Of a stretch of 48,967 nucleotides of DNA, positions 45,676-48,967 are shown one piece after another. The position numbers and the translations under genes were made by a program. This stretch comes from Desulfobacterales bacterium (GTDB taxonomy: Bacteria; Desulfobacterota; Desulfobacteria; Desulfobacterales; SG8-13): NCBI GenBank assembly GCA_049283795.1, contig JBAPWQ010000132.1, forward strand, positions 1 through 48,967. The letters run 5' to 3'. Under the pieces are notes generated by a model, which was not told the origin of the DNA, did no database searches, and saw only the letters and a list, made by a program, of their open reading frames with translations. Every line of letters begins with the position of its first letter. The stretch's first letter is position 1.

Positions 45676-47772
45676 TCAGGGGGATACCCGCCAGCGGCCC
45701 GAGAAAATCTTCGCGGGGCTTTCCCAGACCAGTTCATGTAACTTCGCCAGGCTGGCCGGGTCGATAAGAAGTTCCTTTTTTTCCCGGTCGCTCAGCTTGC
45801 GCGGCCCGGAGGTGACGGCTTTCTGGACGAGCCGCCGCCGGCGTTCGGCGATTGCGGGCGAGACGCGCCGCGGGCGACGCTGAATCGCCCTGTGCAGGCG
45901 GTTTATTTTCGGATCGACCACCGCCCGGACAAACCCCTCGTTTTTTTCGATTCCAAGGCCGCCGGCGGACACGTCGTCCGCGGACAAATGAGCCTTGAGC
46001 GCTAACAGCTCCGGCGGGGGCTCGGTTTCTTCGGGGACCAGAAACAAGCCGTATTTTCGAAATGCCCGTCCGACGCCGGCCCTTCCCGACCACACCGAGA
46101 GCGGCGCCGACAGGGCCAGGGGGATCAGGATCGGTGTGAGCCACCAGAAGAAGGCGCGGTTGATGGTGAAAACGACAAACCCCCAAACGAACGCCAAGAG
46201 CATGGCACCGTAGTGGAACCGCAACGCCTCGCGCCACGAGGTGCCGCGGTCATCCCGCGGCTGGGCGTTCCAACCGACTTTCTGGCCCATCAGGATCAGG
46301 AAGACGAACTTGCTGTGAAACCACATGCGGATCGGCGCGAAAAAAGTGGAGAAGATCACTTCGGCGCCGATGCTGCAGGAAAGCCTGAAGAAGCCCCCGT
46401 AGAGCCGGGCCCGCTTCTGCTTGAGCACGATGAAAAAAAAGCTCAGCAGCTTGGGCAGGAATAGGATGAACCCGGTCGAGGCCAGCAGCGTCAATGCCCA
46501 GCCCGGGTTCCAGACCGGCCAGTGGGGAAAGAGGGTGGGATGGGCCGGAAAGTATTGGGGCTCGAAGATCGCCTGGGCCAGCGCCTCGAAGGTGCTCAGG
46601 TTCAGAAACAAAAACCAGAGGATGGCCGATATGTAGGACATGGCGCCGTTCAGGAAAAGGGCGCGGTGGGCCGGGAATATGCCGCGGGACAACAGCAGTC
46701 GCAGGTGCTGCATGTTGCCCTGGCACCAGCGTCGGTCGCGGGTCAACCCGTCCAGCAGGGTCGGCGGGGCCTCCTCGTAGCTGCCGCCCAGGTCGTAGGC
46801 CAGCCACACTTCCCAGCCGGCCCGGCGCATCAGGGCGGCCTCGACGAAGTCATGGCTGAGGATGTGACCGCCCAGCGGCGGCGCGCCGGGCAGCTGCGGC
46901 AGGGCGCAGTGCTGCATGAAGGGTTCGATCCGGATAATGGCATTGTGGCCCCAGTACTGGGCATCGCCCAGCTGCCAGTAGTGCAGTCCGGCGGCGAACA
47001 TCGGCCCGTAGACGTGATTGGCGAACTGCTGCACACGGGCGATCAGGGTCTCGCGGCCGACCGCCACCGGGGCCGTCTGCAGGATGCCGATATCGGGATT
47101 TTGCTCCATGAGCCGGACGAGGCGCTCCAGGGTGCCGCCGCTCATGATGCTGTCGGCGTCGAAAACGACCATGTAGCGGTAACCGCGGCCCCAACGGCGG
47201 CAAAAATCGGCGATGTTGCCGCTCTTGCGCTTGATGTTCGGCCGCCGGTGACGGTAATAAATGCGGCCGAAGCCATCGACGTCCCGGCACAGGTCGGCCC
47301 AGGCGGCCTCCTCCTCCACCCAGCGGTCGGGATTCGTGGAGTCGCTGAGCACGAAAAAATCGAAGGACGCCAACTGACCGGTCGCGGCGAGCGAGTCATA
47401 GGTTGCCCTGAGACCGGCAAAGACCCGCTTGACGGATTCATTGTAGATCGGCATCAGGATGGCGGTGCGGGCGCCTTTGTCGATTCCGGCGCGGTCCGCG
47501 GCCGAAGGCCGGTTGATGATAAACCGGTTGTAGCGCCGCATGAGGATTAAAAAACCGATGAACGAGGTCCAGAAGCCGATCGATATCCAGGCAAAAAGCA
47601 GGGCGAAGAAAATGACGAGAGTCACCTCCAGCCCGGTGCGGCCCATGTGCGGCAGTACGTTGGCCATGTAGCCGCTGGCGACCGCCGTGGTGCTCAAAAT
47701 GAGGACCATCAGCAGGATGCGCCGCCGCTTGGCCTCTTTTTCCCAGAACTTTTTTACCGGCTTACGGTTCAT
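45676..47772 (-). CDS. opgH: glucans biosynthesis glucosyltransferase H (GT2)
   Basis: 698 aa. TAILMPIYNE, VVFDADSIM and RDRRWCQGNMQH motifs, flanked by multi-TM regions. Confidence 0.9.
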   Translation of the reverse strand: MNRKPVKKFWEKEAKRRRILLMVLILSTTAVASGYMANVLPHMGRTGLEVTLVIFFALLFAWISIGFWTSFIGFLILMRRYNRFIINRPSAADRAGIDKGARTAILMPIYNESVKRVFAGLRATYDSLAATGQLASFDFFVLSDSTNPDRWVEEEAAWADLCRDVDGFGRIYYRHRRPNIKRKSGNIADFCRRWGRGYRYMVVFDADSIMSGGTLERLVRLMEQNPDIGILQTAPVAVGRETLIARVQQFANHVYGPMFAAGLHYWQLGDAQYWGHNAIIRIEPFMQHCALPQLPGAPPLGGHILSHDFVEAALMRRAGWEVWLAYDLGGSYEEAPPTLLDGLTRDRRWCQGNMQHLRLLLSRGIFPAHRALFLNGAMSYISAILWFLFLNLSTFEALAQAIFEPQYFPAHPTLFPHWPVWNPGWALTLLASTGFILFLPKLLSFFFIVLKQKRARLYGGFFRLSCSIGAEVIFSTFFAPIRMWFHSKFVFLILMGQKVGWNAQPRDDRGTSWREALRFHYGAMLLAFVWGFVVFTINRAFFWWLTPILIPLALSAPLSVWSGRAGVGRAFRKYGLFLVPEETEPPPELLALKAHLSADDVSAGGLGIEKNEGFVRAVVDPKINRLHRAIQRRPRRVSPAIAERRRRLVQKAVTSGPRKLSDREKKELLIDPASLAKLHELVWESPAKIFSGRWRVSP

Positions 47773-48376
47773 CCCTGTTCTCCGGCCGCCGGCCGCCGGC
47801 GAGTTTATTGGGCGACATCCGCGGTGGTTTCTTCAACACCGGTCGCCCGGATGCCGGCGTGCGCCTGAAAAGCCTTCCGAAAAAGGACCGCACCGGCTTT
47901 CGATCGATAAATTCGGTCAGCATGGGTCCGCGGACAAGAGGGGGCGTCACCGGCAGGTCCGCGGCGGGCACCGCCGGCACCGGGGCCAGTTCTGCGGCTT
48001 CATCCGTCAGGTCAGCCGGACCGGTCGGGCAGACACGCCTGTTGCGGTCCCACAGGGCCCGGGCCTGAGGATCGAGACGGTGCTCGGTCAACACGTCGCG
48101 CAGGGCCAGCATGGCCGCTTGCGTGGGATGATATTCAGGCGTCTGCCCGTGCTTTTCCACCGCGCGCCGCAGCACCTCGAGCGCGACCGAGAGTCCCAAA
48201 ATAGGCGGCAGGTCGAGCGATCGCAGATACAGCAGCACCCTGTCGCGGGCGTCTTGCCAGTTGCTGCATCCCTCGCTCGCGGCGGGATAGATGTCGGGTG
48301 CCGCCGCGTCGACCGGTGCGGCCCCCGCAGGCGCTGTGATTTCCGGCAGGGCCGGTCGGTATTTCAACACCGTCAC
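47762..48376 (-). CDS. hypothetical protein encoded between opgG and opgH
   Basis: 204-aa ORF, GTG start. Codon third positions are strongly G/C, like neighbouring real genes. It starts 2 nt after the opgG stop and overlaps the opgH start by 11 nt (ATGAACCGTAA). No recognisable motif. Confidence 0.45.
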   Translation of the reverse strand: MTVLKYRPALPEITAPAGAAPVDAAAPDIYPAASEGCSNWQDARDRVLLYLRSLDLPPILGLSVALEVLRRAVEKHGQTPEYHPTQAAMLALRDVLTEHRLDPQARALWDRNRRVCPTGPADLTDEAAELAPVPAVPAADLPVTPPLVRGPMLTEFIDRKPVRSFFGRLFRRTPASGRPVLKKPPRMSPNKLAGGRRPENRDEP

Positions 48377-48377
48377 C

Positions 48378-48967
48378 TCAAGGCGAAAGAATGTAGCTCC
48401 AGGTTTCGGTCAACACATCCTGGCCCTTCTTCAGAAAAGCCCGCATTTCCGGCGACGGTTGGCTTTTCGGTATGGGCAGGACCTTGTCGAGGGGACCCTC
48501 GCTGGCGGATTTGACTTGAAAAACGAGCCGCCAGCCGCCGTTCGGTTCATTTTTGACGATGTGTTTTTCGCCCAGCGTTATTCCTTCCCCGACAGTCACC
48601 ATCGCCTCGAGCGGGGTTTCGACCGGCAGTTCGGCGGGCAACTTGTCCAGCGTTCCGCCCTTGAAATCGATGACAAACAGCCGCGTGTCCTTGTCCCGCC
48701 CCGTGCCGGTGCGTGTCGATGACACATATCCCCCGGCATTGGGGTCATGGACGGGAAAATACCAGCTCATGTCGTAGGCGAACGATATCGGTTCCTTCAG
48801 CTCGGGCAGCGACGCCGGCACCCAGAAGGAGACGATGTTGTCGTCGATTTCGCTGCCGGAGGGAATCTGGATCAGCTCGACCCGGCCCTTGCCCCACTCG
48901 CCGACCGGTGCGATCCAGACGCTGGGCCGCTTGTCGAAACGGGCCTCCAGGTCCTGGTAGTGATCGA
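48378..48967 (-). CDS. opgG: glucan biosynthesis protein OpgG/OpgD, C-terminal part (5' end beyond the window)
   Basis: The frame is open to the window edge. It translates to ...WGKGRVELIQIP...FAYDMSWY...RLFVIDFKGG...ETWSYILSP, typical of the OpgG/MdoG C-terminus. Confidence 0.8.
   Translation of the reverse strand, partial: DHYQDLEARFDKRPSVWIAPVGEWGKGRVELIQIPSGSEIDDNIVSFWVPASLPELKEPISFAYDMSWYFPVHDPNAGGYVSSTRTGTGRDKDTRLFVIDFKGGTLDKLPAELPVETPLEAMVTVGEGITLGEKHIVKNEPNGGWRLVFQVKSASEGPLDKVLPIPKSQPSPEMRAFLKKGQDVLTETWSYILSP

Overview
GC-rich bacterial chromosomal segment. Hand counts of single 60-nt lines give about 65-75% GC in most genes. It contains about 39 protein-coding genes, mostly housekeeping. 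The fused cobA/hemD, the sigma-54 regulator and the anaerobe-type Fe-S proteins suggest a Desulfobacterota-like anaerobe, but this is an inference only.

Gene order, left to right:
- DUF900-like hydrolase; RND efflux pair (adaptor + permease); truncated AGDEF diguanylate-cyclase-like domain.
- Amino-acid-type periplasmic binding protein; secreted SYLF protein; DUF3124 protein; acetyl-CoA hydrolase/transferase.
- Glycolytic trio pgi-gpmA-pyk; orphan PqiC-like lipoprotein; cold-shock protein; large MscS/MscK-type channel.
- Second binding protein; moaA; fused cobA/hemD; hemC; FmdB zinc ribbon; uvrA.
- A 645-bp AT-rich spacer, then dnaA.
- A leftward-transcribed block: suhB-like, hflX, dnaB, rplI, DUF2232, rpsR, rpsF.
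- Second SYLF protein; an 800-aa sucrose synthase; a MotA/MotB-like pair.
- A lower-GC block: QueG/RdhA-like Fe-S protein, BCCT transporter behind a sigma-54 promoter, PAS-AAA+ sigma-54 activator.
- Yip1 membrane protein; opgH; an unknown ORF; partial opgG.

I recognised no rRNA, tRNA, CRISPR array, transposase, integrase or phage gene.

Most unusual items:
1. An orphan MotA/MotB-like ion-channel pair. Its B subunit has a long predicted periplasmic coiled coil and no OmpA-type anchor.
2. A composite intergenic repeat present twice in inverted orientation around the binding-protein/moaA block.
3. A GTAG-headed palindromic REP-like element family.
4. A lower-GC sigma-54-controlled BCCT + QueG/RdhA-like operon.
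5. An atypical dnaA neighbourhood.

All functional calls come from motif recognition by eye. No database search was run.
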